From positions 1 to 64,000 of the forward strand of contig JALJEE010002055.1 in assembly GCA_023231475.1 (NCBI GenBank): a stretch of 64,000 nucleotides of DNA, read 5' to 3'. Below, one piece after another: positions 41,449 through 53,318 of this stretch. Within the stretch, counting starts at the first letter, position 1. Each line of letters begins with the position of its first letter. This DNA comes from Seison nebaliae. Its lineage: Eukaryota. Made by a program: the position numbers and the translations under genes. The notes below the pieces were generated by a model. That model was not told the DNA's origin. It saw only the letters and a program-made list of their open reading frames with translations, and made no database searches.

Positions 41449-42307
41449 TCAATTTATTTTAAATTTATGAAAACTTCCTTAAACCGATTGGAAAACAATC
41501 AATGGAATTTCTCTGCTTATAGAGAGCTTATTCTCGCTACCATGGAAGCATATACAGACACCGTCGTATTGACGATACGACATATGTCCATGTCGCATAA
41601 CTTTCCTTCTGATTCCAATATTTTCCAGAAAGTAACTACATGTTTAATTTTGTAGTCAATGGAATTGACCTTGACCATCAAATAACATTCCTTCTTCCAA
41701 TTTAATCAATATCGATCTCTTATATTTCTGTTTTTATTACCATTTTTTCTTTCAAGTTTTACGATAAAATTTTAATGAACACAAAAAATTTATTTTTCAA
41801 AAAAAAATTCATTATCAAATTCTAAACTCATCAAATAGCAAAATTAATCCATTTCATCCATCTGATATCAATTCCTGAAAATCGGTGCACTTTTCGTGCA
41901 AACAGAATGAACGATAAATTTATTCAATCCTTTCGATTATTCTCGTTGAGTATATGGAGAGTAGTAATCGAACGGAATTCGAACGGAAAGAAATGAGAGA
42001 AAACATAGAAAAGTGACGATCGAGACTTGGGTTTATTCCATGACAAAAAAATCTACAAAAAACATAATGACAGAAAGAAGACAAAAGGACAATTGGAATT
42101 GAATTCTCTAGTCTCATATCGACGAGAAGTAAGTGCAAGTTCGATAAAATTAAAATTTAAGAAAAAAATGAGAAATTTGAAGAGGAAACTATAATTTGAT
42201 AAATTCTCTGTTGGCGACATATGAGTAAAAAGTTGTTTTCGTGAAGATTTTTTTCTTCCTCCTTTCAACCAATTCATTCAACACTAAATCCTCCACAAAT
42301 TGGTCGA

Positions 42308-43440
42308 TTATTGTATTTCCATATTCAAAAATAATTTTCCCACTTCCAAGAAACTGAAAGAATATGAAATCAATTTCGTCATTAAAATTCCAACCGTGAA
42401 TCACAGAACTTCTGTACGATATTCTTTAGACGTGGATGATGTTTTCCCAATGGTAATTCGCGTTTGATTTTTAAATGTGCCTCTTTCACATTCTCAAATT
42501 TATATCCGGTAATTAACGTCATATTCATTCGACTCTGAAAAATCATTTTAAATAAAATTAAATTAAAATAATAAAAATTAACCCAGAGATGTGTCTCGTT
42601 GTATAAAGTACAGGCGAAATAAATGGTGGCGGCTGTCAACATTCCTGAATCGATCGAGTAATAAGCCTCGCCATTTCCCATCAGATATTCGAGAACAAAT
42701 CGAATGAGAAATTCGATTTTTCTTGGAATCGGCACAGGCGATTTCTTTAGGTAATATTTCATGAAGAATAATGGTGTGATAACTGCCGTTTTGAAATCGA
42801 TTTCTTTCAAAATCGAAATTTCCATTTGACAAATCTAAAAAATTTTCAAATTTTAAATTTCCGTTTAATTATCATAAAATGGTAAAGTAACTTGAGAAGC
42901 GTCGTATGATTTTTCGGTAACGAAGATACAATCGGACATTTCTGGTGGATAGATTTCTTCGTATTTTCTGTAAAAAAGAAAAATGATAAAAATTGAATAT
43001 GGAAATTAAAGGAATATTAACGCTGCAATGAGAATGCATGCGATCGCCAATAATTGTAATTTGTTCTTGGGAATTTCTCGTTTTGACAAATATCGATCGG
43101 CATATGCCACCGCCAAATAAGCGACTTCGGTGTGCATAGAATATTCGTCGCACACTTCCACGATCCAATCTACGATAGTCATTCGATAACGATGAGGAGT
43201 ACGATCGTTCACTGGTATCATGGACGTTTTTGCTAGTTGTTGTTGTACTCGCAACATATCGAACTCGTAATAACCATAACCCATCGTGATGATGTTGTCA
43301 GGTGAATATTGAACGATATTTTTAAATTTTTCATTCTCTTTCACTTCTATCTCATTATCATCTGAACTGGATTGACGAATGTCTTGAATACCTTTCATAT
43401 TGGACGTGCTTTGTCCCTGCTCCTTTGGCATCAACATCAT
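42308..43440 (-). CDS. Divergent cyclin A-like (A/B group) cyclin, 5 coding exons; start uncertain
   Basis: Cyclin box RMTIVDWIVEVCDEY..YLAVAYADRYLS..KLQLLAIACILIAAKYEEIYPP..MEISILKEIDF. Introns 42968-43021, 42835-42891, 42535-42582, 42354-42394, all GTT. Confidence 0.9.
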
Positions 43441-44448
43441 CAGGAATTTAATTGGTGGGTGAAATGATAATGTCTGTATACTCTAAATATGAGGAGTGAT
43501 CCTTCAATTCTGGGGAGAAGCGAAACAAATTAGTTTTTTTTTTATTCTTAAACTAAAATTTATTTTCTCCTACTTTAAACGATCCACACTCATATTCAAC
43601 TTTTGACAGATTCTATTCAAAAGTTTTATATTAGTCCAGTCAACTGTACTGTGTACTCTCAAGTCTCTTGCAGAGCTTAAGAGATCAAAGCTAAAAATCA
43701 AAAACGTTTCCACACGGCCCACAAACCATCTCAACCAAATTCTCATTGTGATACTTCCCCAATGTCTCTCGTCATTTTTCCTTTTAAAAATTTTAGCTCA
43801 TACATATCTCTTTCGCTGATCATCTCAATGTTCGAATACATTCGATCCGTGCAAATTATTTTTACAGTAACTTCAAAAATGACAACAGGATCAAAGAGAA
43901 CTCCGAAATATGTATTAATTTCCATATTTACGCCTCTCAACATTTTACATGCCTTGTTATTTTTAAAGTTTAAATACAATTTTTTTTAATGTTCAAAAAA
44001 TTTTTTTTTATGCTGAAAAAATTTTTTTTTTAACTTACTTTTTCTTTAAATAATAATGTAATTTTTCCATTTTTCTCTTTGTTTTCCAATGAAATTTACT
44101 TTAACTTAACAATTATTTTCCTTTCAATAAAAATGAAATTTATCATTTTTTTCTCCCTTTAAAATGAAAATTAAATTTTTAAATTCTTTTCCTTAAAAAA
44201 GATATTTTATCTAATCTCTAATCAAAAATTCACTACAAATTTCAATAATTTACCTTTAAATTTAATGATAAAAGAAGTGATGATGGTCAAAGTGAAAATA
44301 AGAAATAAATAGGCAACATAAAATAATAAAATTAATTGTTTGACCCGTTACCATGGAGATGTGGATAGTGGTTGTTGATAAAATAATAGAAGAGAGTTGA
44401 AGCGCAATAAAAAATAAAAATTTTTAGAACATATCGAACTGGTGGGTT

Positions 44449-47400
44449 ATGAGTGAGGGATCGGCCAACAGTCTCTCCAACCGAGTCAATGGCGAATTGG
44501 ATGAGGAGTCGATGGGAATCGATCCCTTGTCCACCGATAATATTGAGCTACTTCTTAATTTCACGTTCGGTGTAAGAATTAGTTGGAATTTATTCGAATT
44601 ATTCTCAACACTTTTCATCTCATATAGGCGAAGAAGCTTTACAAGTACTTACATCCTCCAATATTAATGAGAAGAGTATTGTGGAGACGAAACCATTAGT
44701 TATTCCATATCATCTCCATTTCTCACATCCTTCTTCCATCTCAGGCTTTTCTCCATGTCGAATATTCTTTGTGTGATCGTCCCGAAGAGAATCCGTACCA
44801 AAGTGAAAATGAGAAGATTTTGGACGGACCGGACGATTGTACTAAGACTACATTAACCGGTAATATGGATATTATCGTGTTACTCGGAGCCGTCAAAATC
44901 ATTTGTCTTGATGGTAATTCTCGTTTGTGTTCGACGTATGTCGAATCGGCAACGAGAACTTTGTGGTTCACATTCAATCTCCAACATGTTCTCAGTCGAT
45001 CAGATAAATTATTACTAAAATTATTCAAATACGATATCGTAGCACGATTCTGGTTAGATAAGGAATTCTGCAATGGTAAAAATCGGAACGATAAATTCAT
45101 CAAACTCATCAGTAGAACAAGTTGATTGATTTGTTCATTTCGAATTAAAAAAAAAAAAAATTTTTTTCATAGAATTGAAAGACGATGCGATTATGATGCA
45201 GAAATTAGTCAAACAAGAATTATTGAAATTTAAAAAAACGTTGATCGCTTCGTGGCAATTAAATCGTCCACTTCCCATGAATATCATCACGAAAGATTCG
45301 TTCGATTCAGATGATGATATTGACGAATTTAAAACAATTCAAATGGAACAACCGACAATCGTCAAATCGCCATCACCACCAATACCGGACGAATTGAGTG
45401 ACATTCAAATACCAGAGAGTGAGAAAATAAAACTTCGATCTGTCCGTCAGAAACGGGAAATGAACGATCGTATGGAAATGCTGAAACGAACCGGTTCTTG
45501 TAGTATGCGTATATCGTTGGAGGAATTGTTTGGGCGTTAGTTGAAAAGCGTTTTTTCGTAATAAAATATCTCATCGTTCTCTCATCTTCTCCTTCTCCAT
45601 TTCATTTCATGAAGCTAAAAACGAATTGATATTTAAGAGATTATCGAAACCGGTGGGTGTATTGGAAGATTTATTCATGTCGTTAGAAGTACAGAAAGGA
45701 CCGTTTTTAACGGACGAACAAATCATCAAATGGAAACCGATGTCATTCCATATAAAAACCATCAGTGACTTACCATATGATTCGATGTGGACGTTCGACC
45801 ACTTGAATGAGATGTGTCTTCCATTGTTCATTTCTTATCGAATTCTCCCCAACACTCCACTCCATTACACGAGAGGATTCCCCCACAAACACTCGATCGG
45901 CATTGATGATTTCCATGTGATACTTCTAGGAGAGGAAGATAATTTGAAAGTTCTCGAATTGTTGATGTCGAACGAATTACATTTGACCGTTCATAATCGT
46001 GAATTGAAGCCGGAGACTTACAAGAAATTATCACCGAAAATGTTCGGTGAAGGGAAATGGGATTCGGAAATTCAAATTAATCATCTTTTCAATTCAGAGT
46101 TGCTGGTGGAGAATGCGTTCGATTTGTTAAGGAAACCGCCAAAATCACCCGTTGGTATTTGTCAAGTCAATCTCACTCCAATCATTATGGAGACTACTCG
46201 ATTATCATTGAGATTGAATGTGCGAAGTGAGAAAGCGATGGAAAAAGGTTTCAAATCGAAACCGCGAACGCTCATGGAGAAATGGAAATCTAAAACGGAA
46301 GATAATGAAATTTGGCGATTACCGAAATATGTGAATGAGAATGATGCGGATGAAGGAATTCGATTGAGTTCGTTGAAGAATGTGGAGAAGATATTGCCGA
46401 AAGGACCGAATTGGATCGATTGTGACACCACCGTCAATATGGTGGTTCGCACTCATCGCCCACTCGTTAATGAGATGGAATACACGAACTTATTAAGAAA
46501 AGACGAAGAGACATTTGGTCGATTGATCTTTATTTGTTACTCAACGGAAATTCCGTCGTTAATCGATCAGATTCAAGTGAGTGTTCGCAATATCAATGCG
46601 ACGGCATTAAACCTCCATCATTTATCCCAGCCCATCATTCAAATCGCTCTCAGTATGTACAAATTGACGGAGAAACAATACGGAGAGAATTTGGATATCA
46701 TAAACGGTTTCTATTTATTTGACGGTGAGAAACATGTGATGGTTCTCGAGGGTTTACGTGAGGCCGGTCTCAGACTCCTTTACGAATGGTTGTCCAAACC
46801 AGATTATTATAGTTCGTCAATCCAAATACTTTATTCTCACGAATTACATTTCAGTCAGCGACTTTACCAAAAATTAGATGTGGATCTCCTACGCATTAAA
46901 TTGATGAGACCGTTAGATTTGTTGATGAAACAACCGGATTTATTCAGTCGTAATGCACGTCCACAAAAAGCCTTTGATGCATTACAGAAAATTTATTCAA
47001 TGCTCCAATTCAACTCGACGAAACCGATGAGACATTCGGAAACTTATCCTACAATCGAAGAATTGCGACAACTCGTACGATATTATGGAACTGTTCAAAC
47101 GTTCGAAGACATCGAAGCAACCAAACTCCAAGAGAGACAAGGAAACAGAACGTCGATCTTTAACGATCAAGAAATGACCTCACAATCCGTCACGAAAATG
47201 AGTCGGGGCAAACAAGCCAAAGTGCAAATGGAGAGGACAATTCATCGAGACTTTCTTCGAAGACGAGCCGGTCATTCGGGTAGAAAGGAATTGAATTCCG
47301 TCAAGAAATCCATTGCCCCACCGATTCGCATCGAATCGGCGTCAGTAAATGAAAAAGATAAAAATTCGACTATTAAAGGAATTCTGGTTCGTACGACAAC

Positions 47401-48148
47401 GGTTGATATGAATGCTGAATAAATTTCTTCATTCCATCTTAAAAATTTCTTATTTTTTTTTTTTTAATTTTTTTAAATTTTTTAGTTTTATTTTAATTTT
47501 TTAACTTTTAATTTATAGTTCGAAGGTGAAGGATTATATGAGAGGAGTGGAACGTTAAACGGAACGATAATTGTTGATGATGATGGTTGTGTGTTGGGAG
47601 ATAAACCGAAGGAGAAGTTACGTCCAATCTTCAAGAAAAGATGGAGATGTCACAAAGGTGTGATTGTTTACGGTCATAAAACTGAGGTGGAAAGTAATCG
47701 TCCAGACCTTCTCCCAACCGATCTCCGTCTCGAACAATTGAGAAAGGTTAAAAAGTTTCTTTATAATAAAATAAATAAAATTTTCTCGATATTATTCTCC
47801 TCAAAATTCCATTCTCAATCACCATGAGAGGATGAGTAAGTGATGTTTATTTTAATTGTACATCCGATTAATTTGTCCATTCCTTCCTATTATTAGTCTT
47901 CCTTTTGTCCTCTTCATTAAGTTCGTTTATTCTACAATTCTTCTTAGCCATGGACGGAACGGGAATTGTTCCGAAATAAATTCATACCAAGTTTAGAAGA
48001 ACGACGCGACTATCCGTTTGAGGAGAAAGAGAAAGACATTCAGAGATATTTTCGTTGTCGACCAACCCTACCAGATAACAGACGACTCTTTCACGTCTAT
48101 TCCCGAAGTTATTCTAACGACGTTTATACGATGAATAGTCGTTTGTGA
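44449..48148 (+). CDS. CFAP92/KIAA1257 (DUF4550)-like cilia-associated protein, 7 exons
   Basis: HVEYSL..MDIIVLLGAVKI..LWFTFN..DIVARFW, PFLTDEQIIKWKPMSFHIKTISDLP, FGRLIFI, DIINGFYLFDGEKHVMVLEGL and FSQRLY resemble KIAA1257/CFAP92 as I recall it. Introns 44582-44627, 44699-44744, 45121-45172, 45536-45614, 47402-47518, 47747-47947, all GTT and in frame. Confidence 0.75.
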
Positions 48149-48420
48149 TTTGGAGAATGGCAGTTCATCCGGAAATTCGCTGAGAAAATTTTTTAGGAAA
48201 TCTTTCAAATTTTCCAATTTCTTTTTCCCCTAAATAAATTATCTTATACGACTCTTAAAAATTTCGTATGGTTAATAGATTTGGAAAGATGGTTTTTTTT
48301 GGGAAATGTGAATTGGAAATAAATATGATGGTTAAATGTGGTAGTTCGAATGAAAGTTGAAAGGATTTTCATTTTATTCATTTCAGTTTAGTTCGAGCAC
48401 ATTCTCTTTCTTCTACGTAA

Positions 48421-49524
48421 ATGGATTACGGTCTCACAGAAAAATGGAAATCCCCTTGTGATCGATTAGTGAAACGAGATCCCAATCGTTATCTCCCCCA
48501 TAATCGACGATTGATTTATGAATTCTTTCAGATGCCAATGTTTATAGTTCTCTCACGAAGAAGATTGCCGCTCTGAATAAAGTGCGGAAAGATAATGAGG
48601 ACACTGAAGAAGAGGAACCATTTCCATCATTTCCCAATTTTCCTGATCAGATGGAAGATCTGAATCCATGTAACGTACCGATAACGAAAGCCGATACGAT
48701 GGATGTTAATATTATTATTATTTAATATTATTTAATATTAAATTTTAGGTGAATGTTAAATTCGGTGCCGATATTCATACCATTCGTACCGGTCAACATG
48801 ACGTGGAGAAAATTGCCGATTTGATGTTACATATCAAACGATTGACTGGTGTCAACGTTTGTGATCAACGTTTATATTATAGAGGAGAGATTTTGTCAGA
48901 TACACCGGAAAAGACATTAACCGACTACAAAATTAAACACAACGCCATGTTGAGATTGGGCGGTTGTAAGGGCTACAGTTGCTCCGCCAGTTGTTGCTAC
49001 GAAGACTCGGCTGAAGTCAATCGGAAATACGAGGGAATAGTGAGCGAATTGAAAGAACGTTCCAAATGTGAGAATACGAGAAAGATCGAAGCATTAAGAA
49101 AGAAGATGGAGAAACATCGATTGGCAGAACAACGACGATTATTGGAAGAGAATCAGAATCAATTCGATGAAGATATTACTCCATTGAAACCGATAGAAAT
49201 TCATCATTACAATTATCATAAAGAATTGGCCAATATCAATCGAGAGTTCAATTCGAATTTCAATCCGAACGCCAATAGAGGAAAACAAACCGTTATCGAT
49301 AAGGAACAATTAGCTCTCAACAGGAAATTGGACAATCTCCTTTCGAAAAAACTACCAAAAAGTTTCTTTCAAATTTTTCAAATTTCTCTAATTTCTTTCT
49401 AGTTGGAACGTTGATGAATGACAATTATGTTACAACTGCGACAACTTACGGGAATTTTTCGAATATCAATTATCGTCGAAATGATCGGGGTGAATATGTT
49501 CCATGTGAATGTGAAATGGATTAA
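48421..49524 (+). CDS. Protein with an internal ubiquitin-like domain followed by a charged helical region, 4 exons
   Basis: MDVNVKFG..KIADLMLHIKRLTGVNVCDQRLYYRGEILSD..KTLTDYKIKHNAMLRLGG fits the ubiquitin fold. Introns 48488-48531, 48705-48748, 49362-49402 (GTT) give a continuous frame from ATG 48421 to TAA 49524. Confidence 0.8.
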
Positions 49525-49805
49525 AAAGAAAGTTTGAAAATATTTGTCGAAAAAAAACTGTTTTGTTAAATGAATCAAAAATAAAATATTCGTTCTCATT
49601 CTCTTCCCCTGAATTTATTCAATTTCTAAGAAATTTCAAAAAATTTCTTTTTTTTTTCGGAGGAAAATATTCAAATTGTTCAACATCTACAAATTTATAT
49701 ACAACACCCGAAACAAGTTCGAGGGGAGAAAGTAAAATGTATTGAAAATGAACCGAATAAAAATGAAATAGAGTAAATGAAATGTTCTCAAACTGAGAAT
49801 TCAAC

Positions 49806-52733
49806 TTAAACAATCTTCATTTCCTTATGACGATCTTTCAAATTCTATTTTTTTTTGAGAATAAAAAAATGAAGAAATTAAAAAGAAAATAAACTTGTTG
49901 GAGATCGCCCAATTGTTGTAATAAGATTTCTCTCGACACATGTTCTTCAACATCCTCCATATCCACTTCGTCAACATCCTCTGATTCAATGATCTGTAAT
50001 GAAAAAATTAATTAATCACTTTTTTTAAACAAACAATAAAAAAAAACGAACGATTTCTTTCCGGTGGGCAGGAGGTGCTTTTCTTCTTTGAGGAGGTGAT
50101 TGATATTCTAAAACTTCTTCTTTTTCAAACACTTTCGCTTGATTTGTATTGAAGACGTTGTGTGTGCGTCGAAATGGAATGATGGTAGCGGGTGATGGCG
50201 GTTTTGGTATATCGACGTTACTACTACCGCTATGAATACGGAAACGGTCAGATGATGGTTTTTTTGATGGTTTTCTCTCGTCACTGTTCGAAGTGGCGAG
50301 AGTACTGAATGATTTGGGAATGAATTTACTATTTGCTTTCTGTTGGGCTAACAACTTTTCTTGACGGAGAGCACGACGGGCTAAAGACGCCTGATTTTCC
50401 ACCACCGGAATAGTCGGAGTTTTTTGAGATCGATCAGTCGATCGAGTTGATTTCGGTGGTAATGTACTATGATTATAAACTTTTCGATGGATTTGAGATC
50501 GATTCGTAACATGATCGTCTTGATTTGGCGTATATTCGATATGAACGTCTGATGTCTGTCGTCGGCCCAAACCGTCGAGAAAGAGAGCTGATGATTCTCG
50601 AGCCGTCATCTGTTTACTCTGTAAGGCGTTCATTGTTGAGAGTGAAATGGAATTGAAATGATTCTCCTTCTCATCAGAAATCGCTTTTTGTTTGTTCGAT
50701 AATCGACTACTTGAATTATTCGTCAATTTCAATTTCATTTTCTGATGTTGTTGCATTGGTTGTGATTTGTGACTGATTTTATTATCAACATTCAAATTCT
50801 GTTCTTTTCCCGTTGTTTGATGTGACGAATATTTTGGTGATAATGATTGTTGTGATGGTTTTTGTTGTTGGGGAGATGGTTGTGGAGGTGTGGCTGATTT
50901 GGTGAGTGGTGGGAAACCATATCGATGACGTAGAGCGCTTGTATCATGACCTTTCTTTTCCAATTGTTGGATTTTGGTCCATCGTTTCTCTCGTTCAGCC
51001 TCCTCTCTCGCTTTTATTGTTCGCTCGTAAACCAAATCTTGTTGATCTGATGTCATTTGTGCACCCATTCCACATCGACGACTTTCTCCATGTTGATTGT
51101 TGGTGGATAGAATATTATTCGTTTCAACAACTATCTCATTTTTCGGAGTTTGATATACTTGTTGTTGTTGTTGTTGTTGTTGAATTGTCGATGAATTATT
51201 AGAGGAATTATTTGCACCATCAAATTTTGAATGTGAATAATAATTTGCTTCAGGAATGGATTGTTGTTGTCCATTCTTCTTCTCATTGATCTGTCTCTCC
51301 AAATCTTTTATCCATTGTTTCCTCTTCCTCTCACTTTCCATATCTCGCTCTTCCTTCGATGTGCCGAAAGCAAACGATTCATTAATTGACGGTCGTCGAT
51401 CATGTCCAACTCTCGCCGAATAGTCCGACATTGATGATGGTGGAAGATCGATTTTCCCGTTAAAATTCGACTCGTTCATCTCCACATTTCTGTTCGAATC
51501 CGAATTAATTCGTTTGAATCGGGAGATGAGTTTGCCTTCTCCGTTCGTTATCGGCTCACCACTACCACCATGAATACGATCACCTAACACATTCTGAACT
51601 AACGATTTCCGTATATGCATATCGGTATTCAATCTATCTTGATCCTCTTTCTCCTTCTGCCATTGTAGTTGTTTCTTCTCTTTCATCGTCAGAAATTTAG
51701 GAGGCTTACGAACATCATTATTGGACTGTTCTTGTGGAAATTGTGTTACATTGTGCTGTTCTTGTGGAAATTGTGTTCCATTGTGCTGTTCTTGTTGAAA
51801 TTGTATTCCATTGTGCTGTTTTTCTTCAATTTGTGCTCCATTGTGCTGTTGTTGTTGAAATTGTGTTATATTTTGTGGTTGTTGCTGTTTTTGAAATTGT
51901 TGTACATTTTGTTGGTGCATTTGTTGGAGATAATATTGAGCACCAAAATCATTTGATGGTTCTGACATTTTCCTTCTACCGTCACCATTTGACTTTGGAT
52001 GATTACCTAATTGTGACGAATGATAAGATTGTGAATACTGAGAGTTTTCCAACAGATTAGGTTGAGAATTTTTCCGTCTGTTCTGTTCATTTGTCATTCG
52101 ATAAATCGATTCCTCCAACGGCGAATTGAAAACTTGATCATTCGTCGAATAGTCGTGAGAATAGAATTCATTTTCCGAAGCTTTTTGAATTTCGTCAGCG
52201 AGACTGCCGATCAACTGTTTCTCTTTGGGTGAAAATGATTCTGTAAAATTATTTTCCGGTGACATCGACGGTATTTGTGGAAATGATTGTTCGTTTGTCT
52301 TCCGTGCATTTTGAACAGCGGACAGAATGATGGATAGTTGTTCAGCGGATAGTGTCAATAAATTATTGTTCATATCATCCCCCTTCATTCTACCTTTCAA
52401 TTGACTAGTTGTCGGTGGCTTCTTATTGAATTGTGGTCGTTTACTTTTCCCTTGTTCTCCCGACTTAACTTTTCTCTCATCCAATTTTCCCAATTTACTT
52501 CGCGAAATGTTTCGATGAGATTTCGAGCGCACATCCGACGAAGTCAAATTATTTGAGAATTGATTATTCTCAATAACCGACTTCTTTTTCGATGTACCGT
52601 TAACTTTTATGTTCGTCTTCTTCCGGTTGATGTCGCTAACGATCGGCGTCTTTCTCGGAACCCTCTTCTTCGTCAAGTCAGTGAAATTGATAGTCGCCTT
52701 CCCACCCAACGTCGACGTCTCGAAGTTGAACAT
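49806..52733 (-). CDS. CCDC66-like coiled-coil (centrosome/cilium) protein, 3 exons
   Basis: N-terminus FETSTLGGKATI, LLTLSAEQLSIILSAV, MKEKKQLQWQKE, ERKRKQWIKDLERQINEK, LEKKGHDTSAL, IIPFRRT and C-terminal EILLQQLGDLQQNL resemble CCDC66 blocks as I recall them. Introns 49994-50051 and 49845-49894 (GTTCGT, GTTTAT). Confidence 0.7.
51721..51900 (-). repeat. Coding 30-bp minisatellite (~6 degenerate copies; QEQHNGTQFP-like decapeptide)
   Basis: On the + strand, ttgtgctgttcttgtggaaattgtgttcca and variants recur with a 30-nt period at 51721, 51751, 51781, 51811, 51841 and 51871. Confidence 0.9.
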
Positions 52734-53318
52734 TATCTCTCTTGCTCAATTGGACAAACTTACGATTGAGAGAATTAACAAAATTAAATGACTTTCGAGT
52801 TGGAACAGTAAATGATTGTCATTTTATTTCGTCTCCCCTAACAACTGAATGTGGAGGAATTGAGACGAAACATTTTCTCTCCTTCCTATTTCTCAATTCT
52901 TCTCACATCAATCCGAATCCTTCACATTCGAATTATAAGTTCAAGAAAAAAAATTTTTTCTTCTCTTCAACCTCTCCATCTCTTCAACTGACTCAAACTT
53001 AAATTCTTCCAATTAATTCAAGAGAATTAATTTAAATAAAATAAATTATTTTTCAAAAATTTGTTTTTTAAGAAAAGTCTTTAATCGTTTTTATTCAAAA
53101 TGAACTACATACTAAAAGTGAGAGAAAAAAAGAAGAAATTCAACTTTCGCAAAAATTACTGTGACGAGGGAGCGATACTTTTACTTTGACCATGACGAAC
53201 AAAATTAAAATGAATAAGAGTAAAAAGTGAAATGAATTTAGAGCAAAAAAGAGAAAACAGTGTCGAACGAGAAATATAAACATCAAAAATTTATTGAGAT
53301 GATGTTACACTTCTCCTC

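Noticed and set aside
43480..43593. Upstream ATG (43593) with a GTT donor as cyclin exon 1
   Set aside because: The phase-1 donor does not join any nearby AG in frame with the cyclin ORF; left unplaced.
51721..51900. Regularly spaced repeats as a possible CRISPR array
   Set aside because: Contiguous 30-bp coding units without unique spacers, in a eukaryotic exon, with no cas genes.
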